Below, one piece after another: positions 18,422 to 28,283 of a stretch of 64,000 nt of DNA. The stretch lies in IMG/VR virus record IMGVR_UViG_2706795367_000001, positions 46,765 to 110,764 of that record. One strand, 5' to 3'. Position numbers and translations under genes: made by a program. Below the pieces are notes generated by a model, which had not been told where the DNA came from, did no database searches, and saw only the letters and a program-made list of their open reading frames with translations. The stretch is from a virus. Lineage: Duplodnaviria > Caudoviricetes. Position 1 is the first letter of the stretch, and each line of letters opens with the position of its first letter.

Positions 18422-18709
18422 ATGACCGCTCCGGTGACCATCTCCGTAACCGAGATGGAAGAGATGTTCTCCTGGGAGATCCCTTGCGGAGGAAATCGCT
18501 TTCCCTTCGCCCGGGAGTGCCCGGAGCAGGCCGCGGCCACCCTGGTGAACTCCCACTCCATCGGGTGCGAGGGCGACAAGCCGGTTTTCTATAAGTGCGA
18601 CTTCTGCTATTCGATCTGGCTGCGCGGCCACCGAGACAAGAAGGTTACCGCGATCACCTGCCTCTGCGGACTTGTAATCCCCTTGGAAGACCTTTACGTG
18701 AGGATCTGA
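18422..18709 (+). CDS. hypothetical Cys-rich protein
   Basis: Paralog of 19017..19295. Confidence 0.7.
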   Translation: MTAPVTISVTEMEEMFSWEIPCGGNRFPFARECPEQAAATLVNSHSIGCEGDKPVFYKCDFCYSIWLRGHRDKKVTAITCLCGLVIPLEDLYVRI

Positions 18710-19020
18710 TGCACAAGCAAACCACCCTCGCGCACTGGTCGGGTGAGATCGAAGTCGACGAGGGTATCGCCGGCCTCATTCAGAAACTCTGGGTTCGCGG
18801 GGTTCTGACCGAATTCTCCTGCCAAGGCCACGGGGATAGCCCCGCCTACATCATGTTCACCGACCTGGCCGAGGCGATCGAATTCGCCACCGAATCGGTG
18901 GAGGCCACCGGAATGTACGAGTTCGACATCGCCGTCTTCCCACCGTCGAGAAACGACTACCCCCGCGGGCGGGTGACATTCCCCGCGGATTGCATCGAAG
19001 CATTGGAGAAGGTCTGGTGA
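18709..19020 (+). CDS. hypothetical protein
   Basis: VDEGIA...TEFSCQGH motif. Confidence 0.7.
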   Translation: MHKQTTLAHWSGEIEVDEGIAGLIQKLWVRGVLTEFSCQGHGDSPAYIMFTDLAEAIEFATESVEATGMYEFDIAVFPPSRNDYPRGRVTFPADCIEALEKVW

Positions 19021-19295
19021 GTGCGGAAACGGTCTCGGTCACCGAGTTGGAAGAAATGCTCTCCGACGAGATCCCATGTGGGGGCACCCGCTGGCCAACG
19101 GTCCGCGACTGCCCGAATCAGGCGACGGCAATGCTTGTCTCCAGACATGCGCTCGCCTGCCATGGGAACAGGAGCGCCATGAAGTGTTTCAGTTGCTACT
19201 CGATTTGGCTGCAGGCGGCGCTCAATGACGGCCGACCCGTGCGATGCAGCTGTGGGTGGAGCACTCGCGCGACCGAGGTCTACACCCCCCTTTAA
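19017..19295 (+). CDS. hypothetical Cys-rich protein
   Basis: Paralog of 18422..18709. Confidence 0.7.
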   Translation: MSAETVSVTELEEMLSDEIPCGGTRWPTVRDCPNQATAMLVSRHALACHGNRSAMKCFSCYSIWLQAALNDGRPVRCSCGWSTRATEVYTPL

Positions 19296-19306
19296 GGAGA
19301 AATTCC

Positions 19307-19615
19307 ATGTACGGCAACTATGAGAACTTCGGCCTTACCGAGGTCGTCGAGGCGTCCACCTATCGGGAGTACTACGACTGGCGTTGCCTCGGCGCTTGGT
19401 GGCATGAAGAAACCCAGTCCTATCGCGTCTCCACCGACGGGGGTTGCTCCTGCTCCTCCCCGTGGGAGTATCACCGGGCGCTGGACGACTTCGGCCGCCC
19501 CCTGACCTTCGCTGAGGCCCGCAAGGCCATTCAGGATGAGCACTTCGACGCGAATTGTTTCGACGAGAAGCTGCGCGCCATCGACAAGCTCACCGAATTC
19601 GAGCAGGCCCGATGA
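19307..19615 (+). CDS. hypothetical protein
   Basis: AAGGAG RBS; DGGCSCSSPWE. Confidence 0.75.
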   Translation: MYGNYENFGLTEVVEASTYREYYDWRCLGAWWHEETQSYRVSTDGGCSCSSPWEYHRALDDFGRPLTFAEARKAIQDEHFDANCFDEKLRAIDKLTEFEQAR

Positions 19616-19866
19616 GACTTGAGGCGACCATTGACCTCGGGGGCGACTCCGACTGCGAAACCTGCGGATATTCGTACAACCACATCGCCTACACCTATGA
19701 CACGGTGACGGGCCTCCACACGGCTAGTGCTCAGTACGGCTGCACGGGGTCCGATGGCGTCAGCAATGCCGACGGGCGCGAGATGGTGAAATTCCTCGCC
19801 GCGCACCTCAACAACGAGGGTCGCGCCGAGGTCCAGGAGCTTATTGAATGGGTGAAGTCTCAATGA
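19612..19866 (+). CDS. hypothetical protein
   Basis: ATGA overlap. Confidence 0.7.
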   Translation: MRLEATIDLGGDSDCETCGYSYNHIAYTYDTVTGLHTASAQYGCTGSDGVSNADGREMVKFLAAHLNNEGRAEVQELIEWVKSQ

Positions 19867-20156
19867 ACCTTCAGTCCGGATCTCAAATCATCTACAAGCG
19901 TGGTGACGACGAATGGGAAGCGGTAGTCGACAGCGTTGAATACACCTCGTCAACCCCTGCCGTCTACGCGGAGTTGACGAGGCGGCAGAAGATCCTGCGC
20001 GCGCTCACCCCCAAGCGCTGGCGCAAGCCCATCCCGATCGTCCGGGAGGCCCGGGGGCCGGAGATCCGAATCAACACCGTGGACATGTGGCACCAGCGGC
20101 GGCGCGATGAGCGACTAGCCGAATGGCTGGACGCGACCTCGGCGCCCCACGAATAG
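19863..20156 (+). CDS. hypothetical protein
   Basis: ATGA overlap. Confidence 0.7.
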   Translation: MNLQSGSQIIYKRGDDEWEAVVDSVEYTSSTPAVYAELTRRQKILRALTPKRWRKPIPIVREARGPEIRINTVDMWHQRRRDERLAEWLDATSAPHE

Positions 20157-20164
20157 GAACTGAT

Positions 20165-21118
20165 ATGGCCACGAAGCTGTGGGCAATGAGGGGCTTTAGC
20201 GGAAGCGGGAAGAGCCGCCGGGCCTGGGAAATCGCCAACCAGAACGACGCCGTCGTCGTCAACCGAGACATGCTCCGCATGCAACTCCTCGGCGAATGGT
20301 GGACGGGAGATAAAGAAGATGAGGATCGCGTTACGACTGCCGAGGAGGCGCAAGTTGTCGCTTTCCTCAAGTCCGAGACCTCGGTCGTTATCGACAATAC
20401 GCACATCAACCCTGCTTATCTCCGTAAGTGGGCGCGCCTTGCGACGCGTCTGGGTGTTGAGTTTGAGGTAGTCGACGTTCACGCCGACGTGGACGAGTGC
20501 AAGCGCCGCGCCTACCAGCGCTGGGAAAACGAGATGGGCACACCCCTCGCCCGGTATCTGGACCCCAAGGTGATTGAGCAGCAGGCCAAGCGCTTCCCCG
20601 TGGAGAAGTGGCCGGCGGTGACCGCGGAGCCGTTCATTCCGGAACCTGTGGAATACGACGGCACCCTCCCCAGGGCCATCCTGGTGGACATCGACGGCAC
20701 TGTTGCCAGGAACGTCAGTCGGTCGCACTACGACTACACGAAAGTCCTCGAGGACGAGGTTCACGAGGAGATCGCCTGGTTGGTGAGGGTGCTGTTCTGG
20801 CTTCGGTACCCCACCCACAGCCAGGGGGAGCCCGAGATCATCTTCATGTCGGGCCGCGACCACACCTGTTACGACGACACGGTTGCATGGCTGAATCAGC
20901 ATGACATCCCGTTCGATCGTCTGATCATGCGCCCGGCCGACGCCAAGGATGAGCGCGGAAATAAGCTCCCCGATTACCTAGTTAAGTACCGGCTTTTCAA
21001 TGAGCATATCCGGGACAAATTCGACGTTCTTTTCGTGCTGGATGACCGTCAGCAGGTTGTGGACATGTGGCGAAAACTCGGACTGAAATGCCTTCAGGTA
21101 GCCCCGGGGGATTTCTAA
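20165..21118 (+). CDS. pnk: polynucleotide 5'-kinase/3'-phosphatase (T4 Pnkp-like)
   Basis: P-loop GFSGSGKS, NRD, HAD DIDGT, SGR, DDR, C-terminal VAPGDF. Confidence 0.93.
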   Translation: MATKLWAMRGFSGSGKSRRAWEIANQNDAVVVNRDMLRMQLLGEWWTGDKEDEDRVTTAEEAQVVAFLKSETSVVIDNTHINPAYLRKWARLATRLGVEFEVVDVHADVDECKRRAYQRWENEMGTPLARYLDPKVIEQQAKRFPVEKWPAVTAEPFIPEPVEYDGTLPRAILVDIDGTVARNVSRSHYDYTKVLEDEVHEEIAWLVRVLFWLRYPTHSQGEPEIIFMSGRDHTCYDDTVAWLNQHDIPFDRLIMRPADAKDERGNKLPDYLVKYRLFNEHIRDKFDVLFVLDDRQQVVDMWRKLGLKCLQVAPGDF

Positions 21119-21185
21119 ATGGAATTTCTCAGAATGTGGTTAATGCTGGTGATCATTTTCTTATTATCGGCTATCGGCGCAAAGC

Positions 21186-21722
21186 TTGATCAGATCATCG
21201 AACTCCTTTCAAGGTAGGCCATTGAGCGACGCTGCAAAAGGCAACCCCGGATACCGAAGCCAAGACAAAGGCCATAAGCGTAAGCCGTGCATCGATTGCG
21301 TAGCGGAGTCGGAGATTAACGGCACTCCGCTACCGAGGCGCAAGGCCCCCTACCCAGGGCCCCGCTGTCACACGCACTCGCGACTCAAGAAGAACCAGCG
21401 TAGGGACATGACTCGCGAGCAAAGGTGGGAAAGGGTCTATTCCATCTCTGCCGACCAGTACTGGGCGATTTATGAAGCTCAAAACGGATGCTGCGCCATT
21501 TGCCAGAAAAGCAAGGGCTTATCGAAAAAGTTGAGCGTTGATCACGACCACTCCTGCTGTAGCGGCCCAACTAGCTGCGGCAATTGCGTTAGATCACTTC
21601 TTTGTACGATGTGCAATCGATTCTTGGGACATATAGGGGACTCGGTGGAGGCCGCCCAAAGGATGGTCGACTATCTCGTCGACCCGCCCGGCCGAAGGGT
21701 CCTGGACAATTGGGAAGATTAA
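21186..21722 (+). CDS. recombination endonuclease VII
   Basis: QNGCCAIC...LSVDHDH...VRSLLC..CN. Confidence 0.9.
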   Translation: MIRSSNSFQGRPLSDAAKGNPGYRSQDKGHKRKPCIDCVAESEINGTPLPRRKAPYPGPRCHTHSRLKKNQRRDMTREQRWERVYSISADQYWAIYEAQNGCCAICQKSKGLSKKLSVDHDHSCCSGPTSCGNCVRSLLCTMCNRFLGHIGDSVEAAQRMVDYLVDPPGRRVLDNWED

Positions 21723-22253
21723 GTGAGAACGTGCTCGATAGAAGGCTGCGATCGGCAGCGTAAATACTCCGAATGGTGCCAGACGCATTACCACCGCTGG
21801 TGGCGCACGGGATCATTGGAGATCTTGCCCAAGCCCGTGCGCGAGGATCTGACCTACTTCGGCGCCCACGGCAGGGTGAAGGCGTACTTCGGATCGGCCA
21901 CCCAGTATTTGTGCGTCGAGTGCGGCGGGCCGGCGGCCGAATGGGCGTACGACGGCACCGATCCGTCGGAGAGGTCGTCCACGGTGAACTTCGAGGGCAA
22001 AGACTATCCGGTGAGTTACAGCGTGTGGCCCGAGTTCTACGTGCCCATGTGCTTCGGCTGCCATCGGCTGCGGGACGCGGGAGCGCGGGCGGCCAAGAGG
22101 ACGCACTGTATCCACGGTCATGAGATGACGCCGGAGAACACCTACACGCGCCCTTCACGGCCGGGAACCCGGGAGTGCATCACTTGCCGAAAAGAAGAGT
22201 CGAGTCAGCGATATCTAAGAAAAAAGGCCGAACGAGCCAGGAGTAATTCATGA
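21723..22253 (+). CDS. HNH-like / zinc-finger nuclease
   Basis: CSIEGC..HY, CVECG, MCFGCH, THCIHGHE..NTY. Confidence 0.7.
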   Translation: MRTCSIEGCDRQRKYSEWCQTHYHRWWRTGSLEILPKPVREDLTYFGAHGRVKAYFGSATQYLCVECGGPAAEWAYDGTDPSERSSTVNFEGKDYPVSYSVWPEFYVPMCFGCHRLRDAGARAAKRTHCIHGHEMTPENTYTRPSRPGTRECITCRKEESSQRYLRKKAERARSNS

Positions 22254-22480
22254 CCACAACCCCCTGCTTCGGGAAATCGGACATCTTCTGCGATGAAAAC
22301 GAGAACGGCGGAAAGGGCGCCGCGGAGGCCAAGAAGATCTGCTGGTCTCAATGCACTCGCCGAGAGAAGTGCCTCGAGGAGGCGTTAAGGTTCGAGGAAC
22401 ACGAGCCGGTGCGCCTCGGGGTGTGGGGCGGTCTCAGCGCCAATGAACGAAACAAGATCTACGGCCGAAAGTCTTCATGA
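22250..22480 (+). CDS. whiB: WhiB family transcription factor
   Basis: AKKIC..QC...CLEEAL...GVWGGLS..ER. Confidence 0.9.
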   Translation: MTTTPCFGKSDIFCDENENGGKGAAEAKKICWSQCTRREKCLEEALRFEEHEPVRLGVWGGLSANERNKIYGRKSS

Positions 22481-23277
22481 GTCAGTGCGCTGCATCTCCG
22501 AATTGTTCCAAGACTCCATCGAAGTTTAAGCGGGGCATGTGCGGCGCCCACCATCGAGCTTATCTGCGGCGCGCCAGGGACGAGGGGGTGTGGCGGGGGC
22601 ATGTGCCCGCTGGGCCAGTCCAGGAGCATCTAAAAGCCCTGGCCGATGCCGGGGTGAGCGCTCAACGCGTCTCGTGGGTTACGGGGTTAAGCCTGAACAC
22701 TCTCCTTCAGATTCCCGAGCGGGAGACTCTTTGGTCGACGACCGCCGACAAGATTCTTGCCGTCCGGGTGGATGGGAATTTCCGCGAGGGCGGCAGGGGC
22801 ATGATCCCCGTTCTTGGGTCTCGGCGGCGGCTGCAGTCCCTGCACTCCCGCGGCTTCACGGTCGCCCACTTGGCCGAGCGCCTCGGCATGAGTATTACCG
22901 CTACGACCAGAATTTTGCGCCCTGATGATCCGCGCTCGGTGGACAGGGTGGAGTCGGGGACGGCGCGCAAGATCGACGCCCTGTGGCGCGAGCTGCAACT
23001 TGCTGCCCCGCCACGGGGCGCGGCGTGCACCAAGGCTCGCAGGCGTGCGGCAAAGCTCGGCTGGCCGGACCCCCTGGCCTGGGAGGAGAACGAGATCGAT
23101 GACCCGAGGGCCCGGCCCCGCATCGATCCCACCCTCCTCACCAAGGGGCGACTCGAGGAGTACAAGAGGCTCCGCGACGAGGGCCTCACCAAGAAGGAAA
23201 TCGCCAAGCGGTTCGGCCTGAATGAATCCACTCTCTACGACTGGATCAACCGCCAGAAGAAAAAGGGAAACCTATGA
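22477..23277 (+). CDS. HTH DNA-binding protein
   Basis: Multiple HTH motifs; C-terminal GLTKKEIAKRFGLNESTLYDW. Confidence 0.8.
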   Translation: MSQCAASPNCSKTPSKFKRGMCGAHHRAYLRRARDEGVWRGHVPAGPVQEHLKALADAGVSAQRVSWVTGLSLNTLLQIPERETLWSTTADKILAVRVDGNFREGGRGMIPVLGSRRRLQSLHSRGFTVAHLAERLGMSITATTRILRPDDPRSVDRVESGTARKIDALWRELQLAAPPRGAACTKARRRAAKLGWPDPLAWEENEIDDPRARPRIDPTLLTKGRLEEYKRLRDEGLTKKEIAKRFGLNESTLYDWINRQKKKGNL

Positions 23278-23498
23278 GCATCTACTTCGAGATCCCCGAA
23301 GGGCAAATGATCGAAGGCGTATTCGAGGTGGGGTCCGGCGCCAACATCCGGGAATTAGCCCCCGGTAAGTATGCGATCCTCCCCGACCCCAACGCCCCCG
23401 CGGGGGGCTGGACCCCATTCAACGCCGACGGCGAGATTGACTCCGAACGCCTCGCGGCCGAGGGCTGGGCGGTCCTCGGAACTATGCAGGAGGAGTAA
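23274..23498 (+). CDS. hypothetical protein
   Basis: ATGA overlap. Confidence 0.7.
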   Translation: MSIYFEIPEGQMIEGVFEVGSGANIRELAPGKYAILPDPNAPAGGWTPFNADGEIDSERLAAEGWAVLGTMQEE

Positions 23499-24047
23499 TT
23501 GGACGACAGCGATCACCGCTGCCACTCCGGAGAATACTGCGTAGCCCTCACCCCTGATGGGGCGGCGCTCACCACCCGCATGGACACCCTGTGCCACGGA
23601 TGTATCACGCGACTGCAAGAGCAGTACGACGAACTCCGGGTCATCAGGAAAGTCTTAGAGATGTTCAAAGGCGGGCTGTGGGGGCAATCCGGCGAGGCTA
23701 AGGTCTCGTCCTCGTCGGAGCCCTCACCGCCGCTGAATGTCCACGCATTGGACGTCATCAACGAGGTCGAAGAAGTCCTCGAGGATGTCGGTTCACTGCC
23801 CGTGGCGGATCTGGTGAGGCATGAGAACGGCGTCTCCCGATCGTTGCGCATCGGGAAAGTGTGGCGCCAGTCTGACGGCATCATCGGCATCTCCCGGGTG
23901 TGGAGCCGGCGCTTTGCCAACTGTCCGGAATGTGAGCAAAGAACCCTTGGGTGTTATGCGGGGAGTGAATCAATCGAATGCGCTTCTTGCAACATCCGGC
24001 TGACCCGGGACGAGTATTCCGTCCTCTGCCTTCAATCCCTTAAGTAA
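23499..24047 (+). CDS. hypothetical zinc-ribbon protein
   Basis: GGAGGAG RBS, TTG start, CPEC...CASC. Confidence 0.75.
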   Translation: MDDSDHRCHSGEYCVALTPDGAALTTRMDTLCHGCITRLQEQYDELRVIRKVLEMFKGGLWGQSGEAKVSSSSEPSPPLNVHALDVINEVEEVLEDVGSLPVADLVRHENGVSRSLRIGKVWRQSDGIIGISRVWSRRFANCPECEQRTLGCYAGSESIECASCNIRLTRDEYSVLCLQSLK

Positions 24048-24056
24048 GGAGGGCCC

Positions 24057-24410
24057 GTGACGGATGTGGCCCAAATTCCCTTCAAATACATCCAAGACCG
24101 GATCGTTGAACTCGCCAAAGAACAACCTTGGCGGAAGTCCATCGGTGCGTACTTCATCTCCGGTCAACCCGAGTGCATCATCGGGCATGTCCTGGCCGAT
24201 ATCGGCATCGGCGCCGACGGCACCCGCCTCGTCAACCGAAAAGGTGTTCCCACGTTCTCGGTCGGCCACCTGGCGGACACCTTCGACTGGAACGAGCTCG
24301 GCGTCCAAACCCCTACCCGTAGGCAAATCGGCTGGGTGCAGGTCGTCCAGTCCCGCCAAGACTGCGGGGACACCTGGGGCGAAGCCGTGAAGAGGGCGGG
24401 AAAGCGATGA
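24057..24410 (+). CDS. hypothetical protein
   Basis: AAGGAGG RBS; paralog of 15741..16061. Confidence 0.75.
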   Translation: MTDVAQIPFKYIQDRIVELAKEQPWRKSIGAYFISGQPECIIGHVLADIGIGADGTRLVNRKGVPTFSVGHLADTFDWNELGVQTPTRRQIGWVQVVQSRQDCGDTWGEAVKRAGKR

Positions 24411-24471
24411 AGAAACTGTATCGCCGGGTTACGGCATATCTCTGGTACCTGTACTGGCGAATCACCGGCCG

Positions 24472-24631
24472 ATGAGTTACCCCCACCACGCAGAGGATTG
24501 GCGAGCTCGGCGCCATCTACGTAACCCTGACGCCGAATCCGGTTGTCAAGACCGTCTCATTGGATGACGGCGCAATCAATGTCGACTACGACGCCGATGG
24601 AAACGCTGTCGGCGTAGAAATTCTACTCTGA
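24472..24631 (+). pseudogene. DUF2283-like protein, frameshifted at a C5 run
   Basis: AIYVTL...INVDYDADGNAVGVEIL reads in the +1 frame relative to ATG 24472; C run at 24480-24484. Confidence 0.6.
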
Positions 24632-24640
24632 GAAGGATAA

Positions 24641-25321
24641 ATGAGCCTTAGCAAGCCCCGCACCAGCAATTCTCCTGTCCGCCGATGGGTTCGCGTCAAG
24701 GGTGGTACCGGCGAGCTTTCCTACTGGGATAAAGCCGCCGAAGCCGAGAAGACGATCGACCTGCCCTTCCACTTCGTGGTGCTCGATTCGCTGAGTGCCA
24801 TCTCGGGTTATCACGAGAGCTCGAAGTCCGGGATCTTCAGCAATGAGGTTCGCGACACCCGCAAGGAGCCGTTCACCGTGCGCTCCAGGGACGGGGTGCT
24901 TGTCGAGGGCCTCTACGACGACATCAAAGATCGAGCCAAGGCGCTCGGCGGGAAGTTCGCCACGTCGCTCTACATCGCCTACAAGGACGGGGACGACCTG
25001 GCCATCGGCAACATCCTGTTGTCGGGTGCGGCGCTGTCGTCCTTCTTCGACTTCCGCAAGGGCAAGAACCTCGACAACGATCCCGGCGTCGCCATCCTGA
25101 AGTTCAGCGGCCCGCGTACCAAGGGGCGCACCGAATACTTCATCCCGGAGTTCGGCTCCTGGACCCCGAGCGACCTGAGCTCGGCGATTGCCCTCGACGA
25201 GACTCTCCAGGCGTACCTGGATGGCTCGGGTCAGCCGGAGGAGTCCGCGGCACCGTCGGGCGGCTATTCGCAGCCCGAAGAGCCGTCGAGCCCCTGGGAC
25301 GATTCCGAGCCGCCTTTCTGA
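24641..25321 (+). CDS. putative ssDNA-binding / replication protein
   Basis: Acidic flexible tail ending DDSEPPF; adjacent to primase. Confidence 0.55.
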   Translation: MSLSKPRTSNSPVRRWVRVKGGTGELSYWDKAAEAEKTIDLPFHFVVLDSLSAISGYHESSKSGIFSNEVRDTRKEPFTVRSRDGVLVEGLYDDIKDRAKALGGKFATSLYIAYKDGDDLAIGNILLSGAALSSFFDFRKGKNLDNDPGVAILKFSGPRTKGRTEYFIPEFGSWTPSDLSSAIALDETLQAYLDGSGQPEESAAPSGGYSQPEEPSSPWDDSEPPF

Positions 25322-25339
25322 CCCACTTAAGGAGTTCTC

Positions 25340-26059
25340 TTGCTCGCCTTTTCTCGCTGCGCTGATTGCGGCACCGGAATGAGGGTTTTGTACGTCGGCC
25401 AGGAGACACACCCCGGCTGCAAAAAGACCGAGGAAGAGGTCAAGCTCCAGGAGTTCGTGGAAGCCGTTCAGCGGGGAGACGAGGCCGCGGCCGACAAACT
25501 CGAGGCGACCATCAACAAGCCGAAACCGGCCAAACTTGGCCCCTCGGCGTTGTGGTACGCGAGCCAGGGTTGGCCCGTCTTCCCCCTGGCGGTGGGCGAC
25601 AAGCTCCCCGCCATCCCCACCGCACACCCCAAGGGAGATCCGCTCCGGGGTGTGTGCAAGGGGGAGTGCGGGAAGTTTGGCCACGGCCTCTACGACGCCA
25701 CCACCGATCCGGCGCAGATTCGCAAGTGGTGGGGCGAGGCGGAATACAACATCGGCATCCCCACCGGACACGCCTTCGACGTGATTGACATCGACGGGGC
25801 CAAGGGCTACCAGTCCTTGCTGGAGTTGGGCGATGACGTTTTCCCGCCAATTCACGGGAAGGTTTCCACTGTCCGCGAGGACAGCGGGGAGCACTGGTAC
25901 GTCCTCCCTACGGGTGACGGGAACCGCGCCGGCGTCCGCCCCGGTATCGACTACCGGGGGGCCGGAGGGTACGTGTGCGTTCCACCCTCTCGCGTGGGGG
26001 ATAAGCAGTACGCCTGGATCATAAAGCCCTCGCCCGAGATCTTGAGGAAGACGAAATGA
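25340..26059 (+). CDS. bifunctional DNA primase/polymerase (Prim-Pol)
   Basis: GWPVFPL, ATTD...W, NIGIPTG, VIDID, H.Y, DYRGAGGYVCVPPS. Confidence 0.9.
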   Translation: MLAFSRCADCGTGMRVLYVGQETHPGCKKTEEEVKLQEFVEAVQRGDEAAADKLEATINKPKPAKLGPSALWYASQGWPVFPLAVGDKLPAIPTAHPKGDPLRGVCKGECGKFGHGLYDATTDPAQIRKWWGEAEYNIGIPTGHAFDVIDIDGAKGYQSLLELGDDVFPPIHGKVSTVREDSGEHWYVLPTGDGNRAGVRPGIDYRGAGGYVCVPPSRVGDKQYAWIIKPSPEILRKTK

Positions 26060-26304
26060 CCAACCGTTTCAGGCAATGGTGGCTGGGCCTCCCATTCCCG
26101 CTCTGGACCCTCAGCGCGTGTAAGCCCTTCTCGCCTTGGTGCTTTGTCGAGGAGGTGCTCTCGGCCGCGTTCCCGCTCACCTTCGGGTGGTGCGATCTGG
26201 ATAACGGGCTGTGGCACGAGACCTTTATGGGCGAGTGGATTCACGACAAGCACAACGCCGCCATTGAGAAGCATTACGACAAGAGGGATCGTGCTCGACG
26301 TTAA
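26056..26304 (+). CDS. hypothetical protein
   Basis: ATGA overlap. Confidence 0.6.
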   Translation: MTNRFRQWWLGLPFPLWTLSACKPFSPWCFVEEVLSAAFPLTFGWCDLDNGLWHETFMGEWIHDKHNAAIEKHYDKRDRARR

Positions 26305-26594
26305 AGAAATGACGCCGGACGAGTTGTTTGCGCATCTAGGTGTTCCGGATATGCCCGATGGGGATCGCGCCGATCTGCTCGCCCACATGTCCGCCTGGTC
26401 CAGGACGGTGCTGCCCGGCCCCAATCAATGGTGGATTAAGGCGCTCCTTCTCGCCGCCGTTTGGAGGAAGGCGAACGGATGACCGTAGAGGATATCGAAG
26501 ACTCCCTTGGCGTATTCGTCGGTAGCGAGATCCTCGATTACGACGAAGAAAACGACGTCATCTACTACGTGATGTATTACCGCCCGATAGAGGA

Positions 26595-26900
26595 TTGAAG
26601 ATGGAATCCGCAGAAGACATTCTCCGCGAACTCGCCCAACCCCTCGATCCCGACACCCGGATGCAGGCCTACTACTACGGCTTTGAGCCCACGGGGCTGG
26701 CGGTGATCGACCGCATTCTCTCAGCAGTGGCCGTCGCAGGGAAGCGATGCCATCGCACGGAGGACTGGAACGACCCGTGGAGTGACGAGATGACCGAAGA
26801 GGATCGAATTCAGATGGCGGCCGAGGAATCTGCCGAGCAGATCCGCAAACTCCTCGCCGTGGCGGAGTTGCTTCTCGTGGATCAAATGGAGCAGGAATGA
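26595..26900 (+). CDS. hypothetical protein
   Basis: AYYYGFEPTG..IDRIL motif. Confidence 0.7.
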   Translation: MKMESAEDILRELAQPLDPDTRMQAYYYGFEPTGLAVIDRILSAVAVAGKRCHRTEDWNDPWSDEMTEEDRIQMAAEESAEQIRKLLAVAELLLVDQMEQE

Positions 26901-27169
26901 CCGATCCCGCCATTCGCTACGCTCGGGAGCTCCTTGAAGATAACGGCTACGTCGTTCTGCGGGCCAAGTCGTACCGCCAAGCGCAGGAGCGCCAGCGGGT
27001 GGCCGAGGTTTACAGACGCTGCGAAGAGGAGGCCGCCGAACACGCCCGAGCCTGGGCCCGCGATTGCCTCGCGGAGCAGCGACGCTTGGCCGACCGCTGC
27101 ACCTTCCTCTACGGCGCTGCGATAGCGGCTGGCGCCACCCCAGAGGAATTGCGTGGGGGATTTCAATGA
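26897..27169 (+). CDS. hypothetical protein
   Basis: ATGA overlap. Confidence 0.7.
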   Translation: MTDPAIRYARELLEDNGYVVLRAKSYRQAQERQRVAEVYRRCEEEAAEHARAWARDCLAEQRRLADRCTFLYGAAIAAGATPEELRGGFQ

Positions 27170-27519
27170 CCCACCGGGGTCTTGAGCGGGCCGAGGAGCG
27201 CCGCGTCCAGATCGCCAAGCTTATCCGACAGGGCCTGACCAACAAAGAGGTTGCTCAGATTGTCGGCGTCACCGACCGCACAGTCAACCGCGCCAGGGAG
27301 CGGAAGGGCCTGAAGAAACCCCAGCCTCCGCGGATCAGCGAGGAGACACTGTCGGCCGGCTATCAGATGCTCCTGGATGGGTGCTCGTACGCGGAGGTTG
27401 CCCGGACCTTGGGGCACTCGCGGGGTGCCTGGCGGAAGAAGTTTCCAGGTTTTTCATGGTCGCATGTCGAGTGCGGTCGCTTTCGCAAGCTGCAGGAAAG
27501 ATACGAGGGACTGCTATGA
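27166..27519 (+). CDS. double HTH DNA-binding protein
   Basis: GLTNKEVAQIVGVTDRTV and GCSYAEVARTLG. Confidence 0.8.
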   Translation: MTHRGLERAEERRVQIAKLIRQGLTNKEVAQIVGVTDRTVNRARERKGLKKPQPPRISEETLSAGYQMLLDGCSYAEVARTLGHSRGAWRKKFPGFSWSHVECGRFRKLQERYEGLL

Positions 27520-27761
27520 GCGATCCAGTTGTTGAGGCAGTCCTCCGGGCCATTCCCCCGCTATGCGATGGGCATCAGCCGACGGCATTGATGGTGGCGG
27601 CGGCCCGGGAGGTCCTGAAGCCCATTCGGGCCAAGCACCACCCGGTTGCCTACGTCAATCGTCAGCAATGCTGTGTCACGTGCTTTGACGGGGGCGGTAA
27701 GCCGCACCTGTGGCCGTGTCCGGTTGCCCCGCTCATCTACTCATCCGAGGAGCTGCAATGA
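27516..27761 (+). CDS. hypothetical protein
   Basis: Paralog of 2892..3161. Confidence 0.7.
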   Translation: MSDPVVEAVLRAIPPLCDGHQPTALMVAAAREVLKPIRAKHHPVAYVNRQQCCVTCFDGGGKPHLWPCPVAPLIYSSEELQ

Positions 27762-27985
27762 CCGCCCTTCGCGAACCGCGCGACATCGCCAAACTCCCCG
27801 ACGGGACAATCTTTCAAAGCGACCTCAATTGCCTGTGGGATCGCCGCCATGGGGGGCGGCGATGGGTTAAGCGTGGCGGCGGCGTCCAGGCCATTGACCC
27901 GGATCGTTTGACCGGCGTTTTTGAGTCCGTGCCCATCGCCTACTTCAAGGACCCTCTGCCCGCAAAGGTTGTGTCATATGGCTGA
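27758..27985 (+). CDS. hypothetical protein
   Basis: ATGA overlap. Confidence 0.65.
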   Translation: MTALREPRDIAKLPDGTIFQSDLNCLWDRRHGGRRWVKRGGGVQAIDPDRLTGVFESVPIAYFKDPLPAKVVSYG

Positions 27986-28256
27986 GTTCGGCTGCGCTCG
28001 TTGCGACGCTCGATGGGGCGGGGTCCGCACCGCCCATTGCGGCAGCTGCCATGAGACCTTCTCGGGACTGTCCGCCTTCGAAATCCATCGCGCAGGCTCC
28101 CACTCCAAGGGGCGCTACTGCCTAGACCCCTCTACGGTAACCAACGAGAATCCCGATTCCGCTGATTACGGCGAGAAGCTGTTTAAGAGGTCGGCGCGCG
28201 ACTACCCCTGCTGGTCTTTGGCGGGGGATATGCCCGAATTCTGGAAAGAATCTTAA
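27978..28256 (+). CDS. FDXHR-like zinc-binding protein
   Basis: AHCGSCHETF...FEIHR. Confidence 0.7.
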   Translation: MAEFGCARCDARWGGVRTAHCGSCHETFSGLSAFEIHRAGSHSKGRYCLDPSTVTNENPDSADYGEKLFKRSARDYPCWSLAGDMPEFWKES

Positions 28257-28283
28257 CCGCCGCTCGACTAGGAGGGTTTCAAA

